A DNA stretch of 62,492 bases, filler included. It is 9 parts of 9 records of this genome, joined end to end, with 100 filler letters (N's around TTAATTAATTAA, not from the genome) between each part and the next. Parts side by side here need not be neighbours in the genome. Positions count along the whole stretch, not along the records: positions 1 to 5,587 come from SRR31156797_77753; positions 5,688 to 11,107 come from SRR31156797_78045; 7 more parts are not named here. The stretch is one strand, 5' to 3'. Both the position numbers and the translations under genes were made by a program. Shown piece after piece: positions 1 through 11,207 of this stretch. Each line of letters opens with the position of its first letter. The stretch's first letter is position 1. The notes below the pieces were generated by a model that was not told where the DNA came from, made no database searches, and saw only the letters and a program-made list of their open reading frames with translations.

Positions 1-63
1 TTTTATGTCCAAAACTACCGTAAATAAAGGGATATAGGCATTTTTTAAAAATCATTGTTAAGA

Positions 64-98
64 AACGAAGGCTACTCCATATAAGAATAGCCTTCGTT
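64..98 (-). terminator. Intrinsic terminator after the ABC-M1 gene
   Basis: 11-bp inverted repeat aacgaaggcta/tagccttcgtt just downstream of the stop at 121, followed by TTCTT on the minus strand. Confidence 0.7.
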
Positions 99-120
99 CA
101 TTTAATATTCAGATAGCGGT

Positions 121-3100
121 TTATGCCGATTTCTTCTCGGACTCAGACTTATCTTGTTTTTCTTTTATTTTCTCTGTGTTATCAGATGTTTTTCTGTCTA
201 TTAGCTTGTGGTATGGATCAATTCCCACACTGTGGGGTTTTTTATCTACAACAAACGAAAACTTATTTTCCTTTTCAGTAATATGCACTTTCTTGAACAG
301 AATCTCTTGTTCTTCCTTGTTCTCATCTTCTATAAAAATGGCAAGATCGATCCAGTCATTCATATCAATATATTGCTTATCATCCTTTCTATCTTTGGTT
401 TGAAAAGATATTTTCACTGCTCCTTCAGCACTTTCAACCTCTTTCTTATCCTCTTTTTCTGTTTTTATCACTCTGTATTTTTGAGCTTCCACTACAAAAT
501 CAACTTGATATTTTCCATCTTCAGTTTTCGAAACATAGGCACTATCCACTTTATTATCAAAAAGGGTAATGGTTTCCAACATATCAGTAATCACATAATC
601 CAACGTGTCTGGCATATGACGCTTCATCAAGTCAACAAATTCCAATGATGTGGTATAAGGAGGTTCCTGAAAAGCAACATCAGAAACATACTCGCTAAGA
701 GCTTCGTTTAGATTATTCTCTCCCATATAATCCGAAATGGCATACATAGCCACAGCTCCTTTATTGTAGTGAATGTACTGTTGATTCTCATTATACATTA
801 AAGGCTGCTCTTTTACACTCTCAGAGCCTCTTCCTTTCAAATAACCATTAAGTTCTTCTTTCATGAACTTACGGATTTTATTTTTAGGATATTTCTGCTC
901 CAAGACTTTGATTGCTGAATATTCCGACAAACTTTCAGACATTAAAGTTGCTCCTTGAACATTAGCTCCAATCACCTGATGTGCCCACCATTGATGCGCC
1001 ATTTCATGCGCCGTTACATGGTATGCATAATTCACTGCTCCTTCATTCGATTTATCTTCTTTAGCTATAAAACCAATGGCTTCCGAAAATGGAATTGTAT
1101 TTGGAAAAGATTGAGCAAATGTTCCGTAGGTTCTCGGAAATTCAATAATGCGTACTTGTTTGTGCTGATATGGACCATAACTCTCACCATAATATTTAAG
1201 TGAAGCTTTTAAGGCATCAACCATATCTGTAATATTGTAATCGTGTCCTTTGTGATAATAGATTTCAATATTGACACCTTCAAACTTATCGGTGTAAACC
1301 TCATATTTGCCGGATACCCAAGAATAAAAATTCAGAATTGGTGCATCCATTTTATAATGATAGTAAGCTCTATCGCCCTCAACCCACTTTTTTTGTAAAT
1401 AACCCGGAGCAATTGCAATTTGATCCGCAGCTGTACTTACTGTAGTTTCAAAATTAACCCAATCAGCACACTCCGAAATGTAGGTATTTCCTAAAGATAA
1501 AGTATCGGTTGGCGGTGCCATTCTATCACGTTTTGGCAAGTCGTATTTCTCACGTACCATATTATCAGTCAATTCACCTGAACGAGAATATCCAAAACTT
1601 GGGAAACCACCATTATTAAAGAAAGATCCATTTGCCAAAACAGGCGAATTGTATCTTAAAAAATGATTTTTTTGATTGCTCAATGTAAAATGAATTTTCA
1701 TTGAATCACCAGGTTGCAATGGTTTTTTCAGTTTGTAAATATTATATTGGAATACTGTATCCTTACTCACTAAATCAGCTTTTCGCGAAAATGTAACAGC
1801 AGTGTTCTCATAAGAATAATTGATGTGTACTGAATCGATAGCTACATTGCTCTTATTTTTCACAATATAATTTCCATCCACCTTTATATCCTTAGTTTCA
1901 GGATATATATCAACATTCACTTTAGCATCAACAATACGAGGTTGTGCAATATTGAAATATTTCGAATATGTTTTTTCATACTCAACACGATCCAATTCAC
2001 TTTGCTTAGCCGATTTGTGTTCATGTAAAACATTATCGAACCAATAAATATAAGATCCAACAGCTAGAAAGCCAATAAAACAAACTGCAAGAGAATTATA
2101 AAAAACGCGTGTTAAATTTTCTTTTGCTCTTCGAAAACGAATTTTAATAGTTTCTCGAACTCCTCTGCGCCAAATAGCCAATCCTAATATCAATAATGAT
2201 GATGAAAACAACAACCAATAAAGACGATAAAACAGGTAAGCCATTATATTATTTCCATAACCATTCATATCAGAATATGCAATTCCCGGTCCTGAATTGA
2301 AATTAAATATCTGTTGTTCGATTCCAATTTTTGAAACAAATGGGCTAACAATCGAGAAAATAAACAATACAAAAAAGCCAATGTAAAAATTCGCAAAAAG
2401 AGACTGAACAAATAAAGAAAGAGCTGCCCAAACAATATAAGATGGTAGCATAAACACAAACAGTTCAGTAATGTAATGTAAGGGTTCAATATTGTAGTAT
2501 CCTTCTGACAGTTGGATTACAATACAGGTTAACATGACTACAAATAATAAAAGGATTTGCACCTTTATTAGGGCAATAAACTTAGAGAAATACTGAACCC
2601 AATTAGGCGTATGTGTTACATCAACCAATTCGAACATTTTTGCACGACGTTCGCGCTGAACCAACATACCAGAATACAAAAATGTAATTAAGAGAATAAA
2701 CAGTCGAAACATGGAACTTGGAATTAGTAACATTTTCCACGTAACAGGATGAGTTGTAGTCCCAAAAAGACTCATAGTTGTATTATGACCAACCACCATA
2801 AATAAGATTCCAAAAGCAACCAAAACCAGAAAAGGAACCGATTTGATAATAAACTTAAAGTTCATTTTAGATATGTTCCACATCAACTTTAAATTCCAGC
2901 TGTAGCTATTGTCGATCGTTACTTTAGGAAGGTTGATATCTCTTAAATTGTTAAAGTTATCTTTTACAACAACAGCACTCTTTTTAGAGAACCAACGGAA
3001 ACTTAAGGCATTTTGTGTGAACTGAAACTTGTAAAAAGTAAGTGCAAATATTACTATAGATACTGCAATCCAAATTAATCGGTTGATCAAAACCAAACCT

Positions 3101-3822
3101 CCTATAGGCAGTAGGTTCGCATTACGTTCTGCCACATTCCAATATTCGGTTACATTTTGAATACTTGTTGCCCCAAAAGGATCTAAAAGTGCAGCTAGTG
3201 TTTTACTATCCAACTGACTCATATAACTTTCCGAAATACCTTGTACAAAAAACAGAACAATCATGGTAATAAAACCAGCTCCCAAATTTCTTGTAAACGT
3301 AATAACACCGAATACAATAGCTCCAAAAAGAAGAATGTTAGGTAAGATAATCAAACCATAAATCTGTAAATATGCCAATGGTCTAAAAGATCCTAACATT
3401 TCAGGATTTACTCCCGGTAAAAGTGGAGCTACAATAAATCCCAATCCAAACACTATAAATATTGCAAGAGTAATCACAATAGAACTAAAGAATTTGGCCA
3501 GAATATATTCTGATTTTTTAAAGGGATAAGAGTACAAAATAGAATGCATCTCGGAGCTAAAATCCCGGTTTACCGAACCGCCGACAATTGATGGCAAGAG
3601 AAAATACCCCAAAGTTAAAATCCCAAAACTATTAAATAAGGCAATGGGAGAATTAGCCAATCGTACTGATGCAACGCTTGCTGTATTGCTATCGAATACT
3701 CCCAGGTTACCAGCCATAATCAATATTGAAATGACAAAAAGTACTGCTGCATAAATGTAAGTCGCAGGGTTTTTAAGCCAATATTTAAGCTCGAACTTAA
3801 ACAGTGTAATAAATTTATTCAT
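121..3822 (-). CDS. ABC-2-type permease (duplicated TM region) fused to a C-terminal M1-family aminopeptidase domain
   Basis: 1233 aa. N-terminal ~600 aa has two hydrophobic ABC2-like repeats. C-terminal part has the gluzincin motif VTAHEMAHQWW...SESLSEY and a HYNKG motif. Confidence 0.9.
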   Translation of the reverse strand: MNKFITLFKFELKYWLKNPATYIYAAVLFVISILIMAGNLGVFDSNTASVASVRLANSPIALFNSFGILTLGYFLLPSIVGGSVNRDFSSEMHSILYSYPFKKSEYILAKFFSSIVITLAIFIVFGLGFIVAPLLPGVNPEMLGSFRPLAYLQIYGLIILPNILLFGAIVFGVITFTRNLGAGFITMIVLFFVQGISESYMSQLDSKTLAALLDPFGATSIQNVTEYWNVAERNANLLPIGGLVLINRLIWIAVSIVIFALTFYKFQFTQNALSFRWFSKKSAVVVKDNFNNLRDINLPKVTIDNSYSWNLKLMWNISKMNFKFIIKSVPFLVLVAFGILFMVVGHNTTMSLFGTTTHPVTWKMLLIPSSMFRLFILLITFLYSGMLVQRERRAKMFELVDVTHTPNWVQYFSKFIALIKVQILLLFVVMLTCIVIQLSEGYYNIEPLHYITELFVFMLPSYIVWAALSLFVQSLFANFYIGFFVLFIFSIVSPFVSKIGIEQQIFNFNSGPGIAYSDMNGYGNNIMAYLFYRLYWLLFSSSLLILGLAIWRRGVRETIKIRFRRAKENLTRVFYNSLAVCFIGFLAVGSYIYWFDNVLHEHKSAKQSELDRVEYEKTYSKYFNIAQPRIVDAKVNVDIYPETKDIKVDGNYIVKNKSNVAIDSVHINYSYENTAVTFSRKADLVSKDTVFQYNIYKLKKPLQPGDSMKIHFTLSNQKNHFLRYNSPVLANGSFFNNGGFPSFGYSRSGELTDNMVREKYDLPKRDRMAPPTDTLSLGNTYISECADWVNFETTVSTAADQIAIAPGYLQKKWVEGDRAYYHYKMDAPILNFYSWVSGKYEVYTDKFEGVNIEIYYHKGHDYNITDMVDALKASLKYYGESYGPYQHKQVRIIEFPRTYGTFAQSFPNTIPFSEAIGFIAKEDKSNEGAVNYAYHVTAHEMAHQWWAHQVIGANVQGATLMSESLSEYSAIKVLEQKYPKNKIRKFMKEELNGYLKGRGSESVKEQPLMYNENQQYIHYNKGAVAMYAISDYMGENNLNEALSEYVSDVAFQEPPYTTSLEFVDLMKRHMPDTLDYVITDMLETITLFDNKVDSAYVSKTEDGKYQVDFVVEAQKYRVIKTEKEDKKEVESAEGAVKISFQTKDRKDDKQYIDMNDWIDLAIFIEDENKEEQEILFKKVHITEKENKFSFVVDKKPHSVGIDPYHKLIDRKTSDNTEKIKEKQDKSESEKKSA

Positions 3823-3824
3823 AA

Positions 3825-4700
3825 TTAATTCGATGCTTTAAGTGTAACAAAATATACATCTTCCAAATCAGCTTCTTTAGGTTCAAAGCATTCATCTGGC
3901 TGCGTTTCAGAGTACACATTAATATTCATACTATTGTCATCATTGAATCGACTGGATAGAATTTCAAAACTCTCCTTATGTTCGTTCAATTCAGATCGCT
4001 CAATGCGCTTGGTCCACATTTTACCTTGTAATTTTTCTACGGATTGTCTTGGCGTTTCGTGGGTCAGAATTGATCCTCCATTCATAATTGCCATATCCGT
4101 ACATAATTCCTTTACATCCTCTACAATATGAGTTGAGAAAATCACAATATGATTGGTGCCAATTTCACGTAAAACATTTAAAAATCTGCTACGTTCTGCT
4201 GGATCTAAACCTGCTGTTGGCTCATCTACAATAATTAGTTTAGGATTGTTAAGTAAAAGCTGAGCAATACCAAAACGCTGCTTCATTCCACCCGAATAAC
4301 CCGCAACATTTTTCTTTCTAGCTTCCGTTAAGTTGGTTTGTTCAAGAACAGCTTCAACAATATCCTTGCGCTCTTGTTTGTTCGATATTCCTTTTAATTC
4401 AGCAAAGTGCATCAATAAATCTTCTGCCGACATTTTTGGATAAACCCCAAAAGACTGAGGCAAATACCCCAGAGAATTTCTCAATGCCATTTTATTCTCC
4501 ACGATATCTGTTTCATCAAATAAAATACGCCCACTATCACCCTCCTGAAGAGTCGCAATTGTACGCATCAATGTTGATTTTCCTGCTCCATTCGGTCCTA
4601 AAAGACCAAACATTCCTGTACCTATTTTAATGTTAACATCATTTAATGCTTTTACACCATTGCTATATGTCTTTGTTAAATTCTCAATTATCAATTCCAT
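3825..4700 (-). CDS. ABC transporter ATP-binding protein
   Basis: Walker A GPNGAGKST, signature YSGGMKQR, Walker B IIVDEP, H-loop STH; 2 bp from the permease gene. Confidence 0.95.
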   Translation of the reverse strand: MELIIENLTKTYSNGVKALNDVNIKIGTGMFGLLGPNGAGKSTLMRTIATLQEGDSGRILFDETDIVENKMALRNSLGYLPQSFGVYPKMSAEDLLMHFAELKGISNKQERKDIVEAVLEQTNLTEARKKNVAGYSGGMKQRFGIAQLLLNNPKLIIVDEPTAGLDPAERSRFLNVLREIGTNHIVIFSTHIVEDVKELCTDMAIMNGGSILTHETPRQSVEKLQGKMWTKRIERSELNEHKESFEILSSRFNDDNSMNINVYSETQPDECFEPKEADLEDVYFVTLKASN

Positions 4701-4946
4701 TTATCTAGTATTTTAATTATTGTTTTTATAGTTCAGTTTGGATTCAAACAAATATACATGATGTTAAGTATTATCCATCTTGTCAAGTTTGCCAATTCAA
4801 TTAATTTCGATGAAGTCCTGAATTTTACGATAAGATTGACTTTTTACTCTTTCAAGCAATAGGAAATTAATTTCTAGAATCTAAAAAGTTTGTGATTGGA
4901 GGCTTTAGAATGCACTACTATTTTGTTATCTCTACTTCATTAAACA

Positions 4947-4976
4947 GAAAAGCAGCACTTTAAAGTGCTGCTTTTC
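4947..4976. terminator. Bidirectional-type intrinsic terminator
   Basis: Perfect inverted repeat gaaaagcagcactt-ta-aagtgctgcttttc downstream of the T9SS cargo gene. Confidence 0.75.
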
Positions 4977-5040
4977 ATATTTTAAAATGTATTTTATTTC
5001 AAATGAAAGAATGTAAAAACAACACTCCCTCATGTAAATA

Positions 5041-5586
5041 TTACTTATTCACGATCAATAAACGCTTGGTTACAACAAATTGATCTGTTCTTATAGATAT
5101 AAAGTACATACCCGAAGATAGGTCCTGAATATTTATACGAATTTTATCAAAGGCTTCAACTGATCTAATGATCTGACCTTTCGCATTCAAAATTGAAATT
5201 TGTTTTGCCTCGTTATTTGGGAAATCAAGATTCACAAAATCCGTTGCAGGATTTGGATACATCTTCATTTCTTCAGCAAAAACATCTTCAATACCCGTTG
5301 CCTGATCTACATTAAACTCTTGAGTTGCCTCAGTATAATTGTAATTCTCATCGCCCAATTGAATTGCACGTACAATAAACTTACCAATTGAAGTTGGTGT
5401 AAGCACATCATCGTCAATGTCTCCTTCTCCTTCAACAATTTCAAAAGTAACTTCTAATCCTGAATTTGACTCGGCGTATAGATTTATTGGATCTTCACCA
5501 AGAACGTAATCCTCAATAGGATCGAAAGTAATCTCTTGGTCAGCTTTTTCCACAATAAAAGTTCTGTTTACTGACTCTGCAGCGGC
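5041..5586 (-). CDS. T9SS type A sorting domain protein, 3' fragment (Ig-like KADQxITF module plus CTD)
   Basis: C-terminus MYPNPATD...LSSGMYFISI...KRLLIVNK; frame is open to the contig edge. Confidence 0.85.
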   Translation of the reverse strand, partial: AAAESVNRTFIVEKADQEITFDPIEDYVLGEDPINLYAESNSGLEVTFEIVEGEGDIDDDVLTPTSIGKFIVRAIQLGDENYNYTEATQEFNVDQATGIEDVFAEEMKMYPNPATDFVNLDFPNNEAKQISILNAKGQIIRSVEAFDKIRINIQDLSSGMYFISIRTDQFVVTKRLLIVNK

Positions 5587-5587
5587 A

Positions 5588-5687
5588 NNNNNNNNNNNNN
5601 NNNNNNNNNNNNNNNNNNNNNNNNNNNNNNNTTAATTAATTAANNNNNNNNNNNNNNNNNNNNNNNNNNNNNNNNNNNNNNNNNNNN
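5588..5687. other. Artificial contig spacer
   Basis: N44-ttaattaattaa-N44. Confidence 0.99.
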
Positions 5688-5799
5688 CCAGTTTCACAGC
5701 TGCCTCTATATTCGCTTCCTTACCGATAAGAGGCGCCATGACATTTGCCTTGTCCCCAAGGTCATTATCTCTGTCTATACAGATTACAAGTGTATCCAT
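5688..5799 (-). CDS. DUF373 family archaeal membrane protein, 5' fragment
   Basis: [17 protein letters not shown] matches the DUF373 N-terminal DRDxDLG motif. Confidence 0.75.
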
Positions 5800-5897
5800 T
5801 AAACTCCAGTAGATATTTATAACGAAAATATAAATAGATTCTGATAAATCAGCATCCGCAAGGAACTTAAAAAAAGATAAGATAAAGTCCTGTAAAA

Positions 5898-6527
5898 CTA
5901 TGGAACGATCCGCTCGATAAGCATACGGGCCCATTCGAGCTTCTTTTTCTTGATAGGATTGACATCCATATCATCAAAGTCAAAACCTACAAGAGTTATA
6001 CTGGACGCACCGAATTCCTTTGCCAGATAGACACAACGGTCTCCATCACTGAACCCCCCGAAATTGTAGACTTTCTCCAGCGGGCCGGCCTGTGTACTGC
6101 CTACGATCCTGCTGAGACGCGGGACATAAGTCTCCAGCTTATCGATGTTGTCACCGTGTCCGTGTACCACCATCAGTGAACCTTCCTGGTTTGCAACAAT
6201 CTCCTTCTCAACATCGCCATCAAGATCAGTCACTATGATCTCAGGAACTATTCCTCTGTCCATTAGCACAGCTGTGGCTCCGTCAGCAGCTATTATGGCA
6301 AAATTATTCGGGTCGATGAGTTCAAGCTCGTCCCGAAGAACAGGGGCATTGCCGCAGACAAGGGCATCCCTGCCTTCGACCAGTTTTCTTATCTCAGAGA
6401 TATCGACTGAGTTTGATGGACCTAGCATATCAGAGAGGATGAGAGCTGACTGCTCATCATCTTCCCTGCTAAAGCCCATGTCCTTTAAGATGGACTCGTA
6501 AATGGGTTCCCATTCATTGAAGTCCAT
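5898..6527 (-). CDS. mptE: 6-hydroxymethyl-7,8-dihydropterin pyrophosphokinase MptE (DUF115), methanopterin pathway
   Basis: [26 protein letters not shown] and GGFSDGDR motifs. Confidence 0.8.
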   Translation of the reverse strand: MDFNEWEPIYESILKDMGFSREDDEQSALILSDMLGPSNSVDISEIRKLVEGRDALVCGNAPVLRDELELIDPNNFAIIAADGATAVLMDRGIVPEIIVTDLDGDVEKEIVANQEGSLMVVHGHGDNIDKLETYVPRLSRIVGSTQAGPLEKVYNFGGFSDGDRCVYLAKEFGASSITLVGFDFDDMDVNPIKKKKLEWARMLIERIVP

Positions 6528-6533
6528 GTAGTC

Positions 6534-9500
6534 TCATTCCATCTTTGTTATGCCGATGGTCATGGATATACCTTCAACATCCCAGTCCTTCTCAAGGGCA
6601 CCTGAAGTATCCACATCAAGACCTATCACCTGTATACTGGCACGAGTCTCTTTTGCGATATATTGCTCACGGTCGAGTACAAGATCAAGTATCCTCTCAT
6701 CATTGATCTGGATGTGGGTTCTGATGTTATCATCCACTGCAAGGTTGAGTTCCTTCCTCATATCCTGCACCCTGCGGATAACTTCCCTTGTGAAACCCTC
6801 TGACTCAATCTCATGGGTAAGATTGGCATCCACATAGATGATACCAGCAGTTGACTGTGCGCTTGCAACCATTTCAGGCAATGTCTCTTCGAAGTTCACC
6901 ATTTCAGGCTTAATGGTAACTGTTCCGCCAGGGATCTCAAGTTCGAACTGGTCCTCAAGTGCCAGTGCCTTCTTCAACTCAAGGACATCTGCCTGCTTTA
7001 TTGCACCAATTACCTTTCCTGCATCGCCTTTGAAAACAGGACCGATGGCACCGGGGTCAGGATTTGCCTCGAATCCAAGTTCATCCCATGATTCATCGAT
7101 ACCAGTGAGCACTATGTCCTTTGAATTGGTCTGATCCATGAGCACAGACTTAAGCTCGGTAACTGCATCTGCTGCCTGTTGGTTCACAGGTGTGAGCACG
7201 ATACGTGATACAGGCCATCTGAGCTTCCTGCCGACCTTCTGGCGGGCATTGGATGCGGATTCCACGATTGAACGCACCATGTCCATGTGAGCTTCAAGAT
7301 CCTTGTCCACAAGACTCTCGTCCACCTGTGGCCAGTCATTCATATGAATTGTCACCGGAGCATCAGGATCAACATTTCTCACAAGGTTTTGATACATCTC
7401 CTCTGCCAGATGCGGCATAAACGGAGCGATTACCTTTGAGGTCAGGACGAAAACATCGTACAGTACACGATATACTGCAAGTTTATCAGGATCATCTGCC
7501 TCTACCCATGTCCTTGGTCTGATAAGCTGGATATACCATCTTGAGAGATCCTCAAGAACGAACTCGTTAATTGCTCTCAGAGCCCTGTGAAGGGTGCACT
7601 TTGACATAGCATCATCCACATCAGCAACAAGTGACTGTGCCTTTGAGAGTATCCACCTGTCCTCTTTACGCAGGTGTGGCATTACGGATTCCATTGATAC
7701 CTGTGTAGGGTCGAACTTGTCAAGCACCATGTAAGGTAATGGGAAACGGTACACGTTCCAGAGAATGTTCAGTGTCCTGTGGATATTCCTGAGTTCATCT
7801 TCGGCGAATTTCAGGTCATCCCATGGAGCACTTGATGATAGTACAAAACTTCTCATTGAATCTGCACCGAATGTGTCGATAACATCGCCCGGTGCTATTA
7901 CATTACCAAGGCTCTTGGACATCTTCCTGCCTTCACCATCAAGGGTGAAACCGTGCATGAGTACGCTCTTGTAAGGTGCCTTTCCAAAGGCCACCATACT
8001 GGCACCCAGCTGTGAGTAGAACCATCCACGGGTCTGGTCCTGTCCTTCTGTAATGAAGTCTGCCGGCCACCATTTGTCGAACTCTTCCTGCTGTTGTGGA
8101 AAACGCAGTGTTGCCCATGATGCCACGGCTGAATCGAACCAGACATCAAAGACATCCTCTACACGCTTCATCTTGCCGCCACATTCACAGTCCAGCATAA
8201 TTTCGTCCACATAAGGTCTGTGAAGTTCGATATCATCAGGAACGCCAGACACCTGCTGAAGCTCTTCTTTGGTACCTACCACATGCATCTTATCACAGGT
8301 GCTGCACTTCCAGACAGGTATCGGGATACCCCAGTATCTTTGACGGGACACACACCAGTCACGTGCTCCCTCGATCCAGTCCTTGAACCTTGCAGAGCCT
8401 GCCCATTCTGGATACCATTTGACCTTGGCGATCTCATCAAGCATCTGGTCCTTGAGCTCACCGATTTTGATGAACCACTGTTCTGTTGCAAGGTAGATGA
8501 TAGGGGTCTTACAGCGCCAGCAGTGTCCATACCTGTGGCTGAGAGTTGCTTCTGATAAGAGTCTTCCACGCTCGATAAGATCCTCGATAACAACCTTGTT
8601 TGCCTCACGGATATGCATACCTGCATATTCCCCGGCAGCTTCGGTGTAACGTCCATCGGAACCTACCGGGCAGAAAATCGGCAGACCATGTTTCTTACCT
8701 ACATCAAAGTCATCCATACCATGCCCGGGTGCGATATGTACACACCCTGTGTTCTCTGCGGTTACGTAATCTGCAAGATAGATGCCATGTTCCATCTCAG
8801 CCTGTCTTGGCACCATGTCAGCCAGCGGACTTTCGTATGATAATGATGTCAGATCCTCACCAAGCATGGTCTCAAGGATCTCATAATCGGTGTATCTTCC
8901 CTTCCTGAGTACGTTCTCCACAAGCTCGGAAGCTACAATGAGAATCTCTTCATTCCCATCAGCAGCTACTGCCTTTACCTTTGCATACTCAAATGAAGGA
9001 TGTACTGCCACTGCAACGTTGGAAGGTATGGTCCATGGTGTTGTGGTCCAAATGACGACAAAGGTGTTCTCCTCACCTATTATCTTGAACTTGACGAATA
9101 TGGAAGGGTCTGTCCTGTCCTCATATTCAACTTCAGAATCAGCGATTGCTGTTTCGCAGCGTGGACACCAGTTGACAACACGTTTACCCTGCTCAAGGAG
9201 ACTCTTCTCCTGTGCCTGTTTCATGGTCCACCATGCAGCCTCGATATATTCGTCCCTGAGGGTCATGTATGGATCTTTCCAGTCAAGCCATGCACCAAGC
9301 ATCTGGAACTGGTCAGTCATATCATCTTTCTGATTTAAAGCGAATTCCTTACACTTCTCGATGAAATTGCCTACACCATATTCCTCGATATCCTTCTTTG
9401 ATGTAAAGCCAAGAGCACCCTCAACTTTAACTTCGATAGGAAGCCCGTGCATATCCCATCCTGCACGGTCAACGATGTCAAAACCGTTCATGGAACGGTA

Positions 9501-9710
9501 TCTTAGAATAGAATCCTTGATGATCTTGTTCCAGGCAGTTCCAAGGTGGATATGTCCGGTGGTGTATGGTGGTCCGTCCACGAAAAAGAACTTCTTTGCG
9601 CCTTTGCGGTGCTCACGCACCTTTGAATAAGCATCGGCCTCTGCCCAAAGGTCATGCACCTTCTTCTCTATTGTCTTTGGATCGTATTGATTGGTGATCT
9701 CCTCTATCAT
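6534..9710 (-). CDS. ileS: Isoleucine--tRNA ligase (archaeal type)
   Basis: [12 protein letters not shown]-like [33 protein letters not shown]. Confidence 0.97.
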   Translation of the reverse strand: MIEEITNQYDPKTIEKKVHDLWAEADAYSKVREHRKGAKKFFFVDGPPYTTGHIHLGTAWNKIIKDSILRYRSMNGFDIVDRAGWDMHGLPIEVKVEGALGFTSKKDIEEYGVGNFIEKCKEFALNQKDDMTDQFQMLGAWLDWKDPYMTLRDEYIEAAWWTMKQAQEKSLLEQGKRVVNWCPRCETAIADSEVEYEDRTDPSIFVKFKIIGEENTFVVIWTTTPWTIPSNVAVAVHPSFEYAKVKAVAADGNEEILIVASELVENVLRKGRYTDYEILETMLGEDLTSLSYESPLADMVPRQAEMEHGIYLADYVTAENTGCVHIAPGHGMDDFDVGKKHGLPIFCPVGSDGRYTEAAGEYAGMHIREANKVVIEDLIERGRLLSEATLSHRYGHCWRCKTPIIYLATEQWFIKIGELKDQMLDEIAKVKWYPEWAGSARFKDWIEGARDWCVSRQRYWGIPIPVWKCSTCDKMHVVGTKEELQQVSGVPDDIELHRPYVDEIMLDCECGGKMKRVEDVFDVWFDSAVASWATLRFPQQQEEFDKWWPADFITEGQDQTRGWFYSQLGASMVAFGKAPYKSVLMHGFTLDGEGRKMSKSLGNVIAPGDVIDTFGADSMRSFVLSSSAPWDDLKFAEDELRNIHRTLNILWNVYRFPLPYMVLDKFDPTQVSMESVMPHLRKEDRWILSKAQSLVADVDDAMSKCTLHRALRAINEFVLEDLSRWYIQLIRPRTWVEADDPDKLAVYRVLYDVFVLTSKVIAPFMPHLAEEMYQNLVRNVDPDAPVTIHMNDWPQVDESLVDKDLEAHMDMVRSIVESASNARQKVGRKLRWPVSRIVLTPVNQQAADAVTELKSVLMDQTNSKDIVLTGIDESWDELGFEANPDPGAIGPVFKGDAGKVIGAIKQADVLELKKALALEDQFELEIPGGTVTIKPEMVNFEETLPEMVASAQSTAGIIYVDANLTHEIESEGFTREVIRRVQDMRKELNLAVDDNIRTHIQINDERILDLVLDREQYIAKETRASIQVIGLDVDTSGALEKDWDVEGISMTIGITKME

Positions 9711-9943
9711 TCAGGATTCTCCATGTAAAGGTTAATTATAGTTAGTATATAATCGTAATTGTGATATTTCTATTGCGATATTCGATTTAAATATATTCAT
9801 CGAAACAACTTTGTTTGCTCACTAAACTGATACAGTTTCAACTAAGGGCAGCGGAGGTATTACTTAAGGGTTTCGAATTGGAGCTTTCTGAAACTTTAAT
9901 TGTAAAAGAAAAAGAAGAAAAGAAAGATATCCAAAAATGGATA

Positions 9944-10798
9944 TCAGATCTCCTTCACAATACGCAGGCCAATATAGGCTTTCCTGCTTCCTTCACCAAG
10001 ACTGTCCCTGGTAGCAGAACGACAATTCTCTTCTGCATTTTCCCAGCTTCCACCACGTAGTACACGCCTGTCGACACCATCGATCCATTCGCTTCCGTCA
10101 GTTGGAGCACCCTGGTAATTGCTGTGGTACTGGTCAGCTACCCATTCCGCTACATTTCCATGTACATCATAAAGTCCCCATGGGTTTGCTTCTTTCATAC
10201 CAACAGGACGGGTCTTTTCTTCTGCATTAGTATCGCTCCATCCGTATTCAACCATCATTTCAGAGTCATCCCCGAATGAAAAGGCAGTATCAGTACCAGC
10301 CCTTGCCGCATATTCCCATTCAGCTTCTGTTGGCAAACGATATGAATCGGTGCCTTCCATTTTGTTGAGTTTTTCAACAAATTTGATGGCATTAGCCCAG
10401 GTAACCTTCTCAACAGGCAGATTGTCACCTGAGAACTGTGAAGGATTATCTCCCATTACTGCTCCCCATTCCTTCTGGGTTACTTCGTAAACACCGATAT
10501 AGAAATCATTTCCAATGCTCACATCATGAAGTGGCCTTTCATCCCTGTCACTATACAGTTCATCTTCAGGAGCACCCATGGTGAATTCTCCTGCAGGTAT
10601 TTTGACAAACTCCATTCCAATGGAGTTAGTGTAAGTGCTGTCATCAATAGTTTCTTCCTCTGGTTCGGAATCAACAGTTTCTGCATCTGTTGTTTCTTCG
10701 TCTGTTCCTGCATCACCGGAATCGCCGCAGCCACTTACCATGACTGCCATAACAAGGATGATGCCCATAATAAGCGTCATATATATTTTTTTATTCAT
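9944..10798 (-). CDS. Lipoprotein with an FGE-sulfatase (SUMF1/CLec) domain
   Basis: Signal peptide with lipobox VSGC, acidic linker, FTMG, RLPTEAEWEYAARAG, NPWGLYDVHGNVAEW, RGGSW. Confidence 0.88.
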   Translation of the reverse strand: MNKKIYMTLIMGIILVMAVMVSGCGDSGDAGTDEETTDAETVDSEPEEETIDDSTYTNSIGMEFVKIPAGEFTMGAPEDELYSDRDERPLHDVSIGNDFYIGVYEVTQKEWGAVMGDNPSQFSGDNLPVEKVTWANAIKFVEKLNKMEGTDSYRLPTEAEWEYAARAGTDTAFSFGDDSEMMVEYGWSDTNAEEKTRPVGMKEANPWGLYDVHGNVAEWVADQYHSNYQGAPTDGSEWIDGVDRRVLRGGSWENAEENCRSATRDSLGEGSRKAYIGLRIVKEI

Positions 10799-11107
10799 AA
10801 CCTACCCTCTGTAACAACCAAAATAATATTAGTTCTATTTCACCAGATGATTTAAATTCTTTGGTTTCTCTGGCTCTGTAGAACTCCTGCGATTACAACT
10901 TCAACGCGAAATCTTTTAACAACTGCCTTATTTCATTATTCGTCATAATGGTAGCAAAGGAGCGCGCCGCCTGCGGCGGATGGTATCATTGTTCTTTTTT
11001 ATGAATGATCTTTTGCAGATCAATCTGAAACACAAGGCTGCGGGGAACAATATTTTAGACAGATCAGAAGTCATGACTAACTAAAACCATCCCGGAGGGT
11101 CCCGGCG

Positions 11108-11207
11108 NNNNNNNNNNNNNNNNNNNNNNNNNNNNNNNNNNNNNNNNNNNNTTAATTAATTAANNNNNNNNNNNNNNNNNNNNNNNNNNNNNNNNNNNNN
11201 NNNNNNN
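11108..11207. other. Artificial contig spacer
   Basis: N44-ttaattaattaa-N44. Confidence 0.99.

Noticed and set aside
4805-4834. Imperfect direct repeat (cgatgaa/cgataag, 20-nt period) as a LytTR site upstream of the ABC operon
   Set aside because: Too short and degenerate in AT-rich DNA, and no regulator is visible on the contig
9944-10080. FGE/CLec C-terminus as the variable region of a diversity-generating retroelement
   Set aside because: No template-repeat copy and no reverse transcriptase on this contig
11091-11107. Possible archaeal tRNA end at the contig edge
   Set aside because: No T-loop or CCA visible; too short to call
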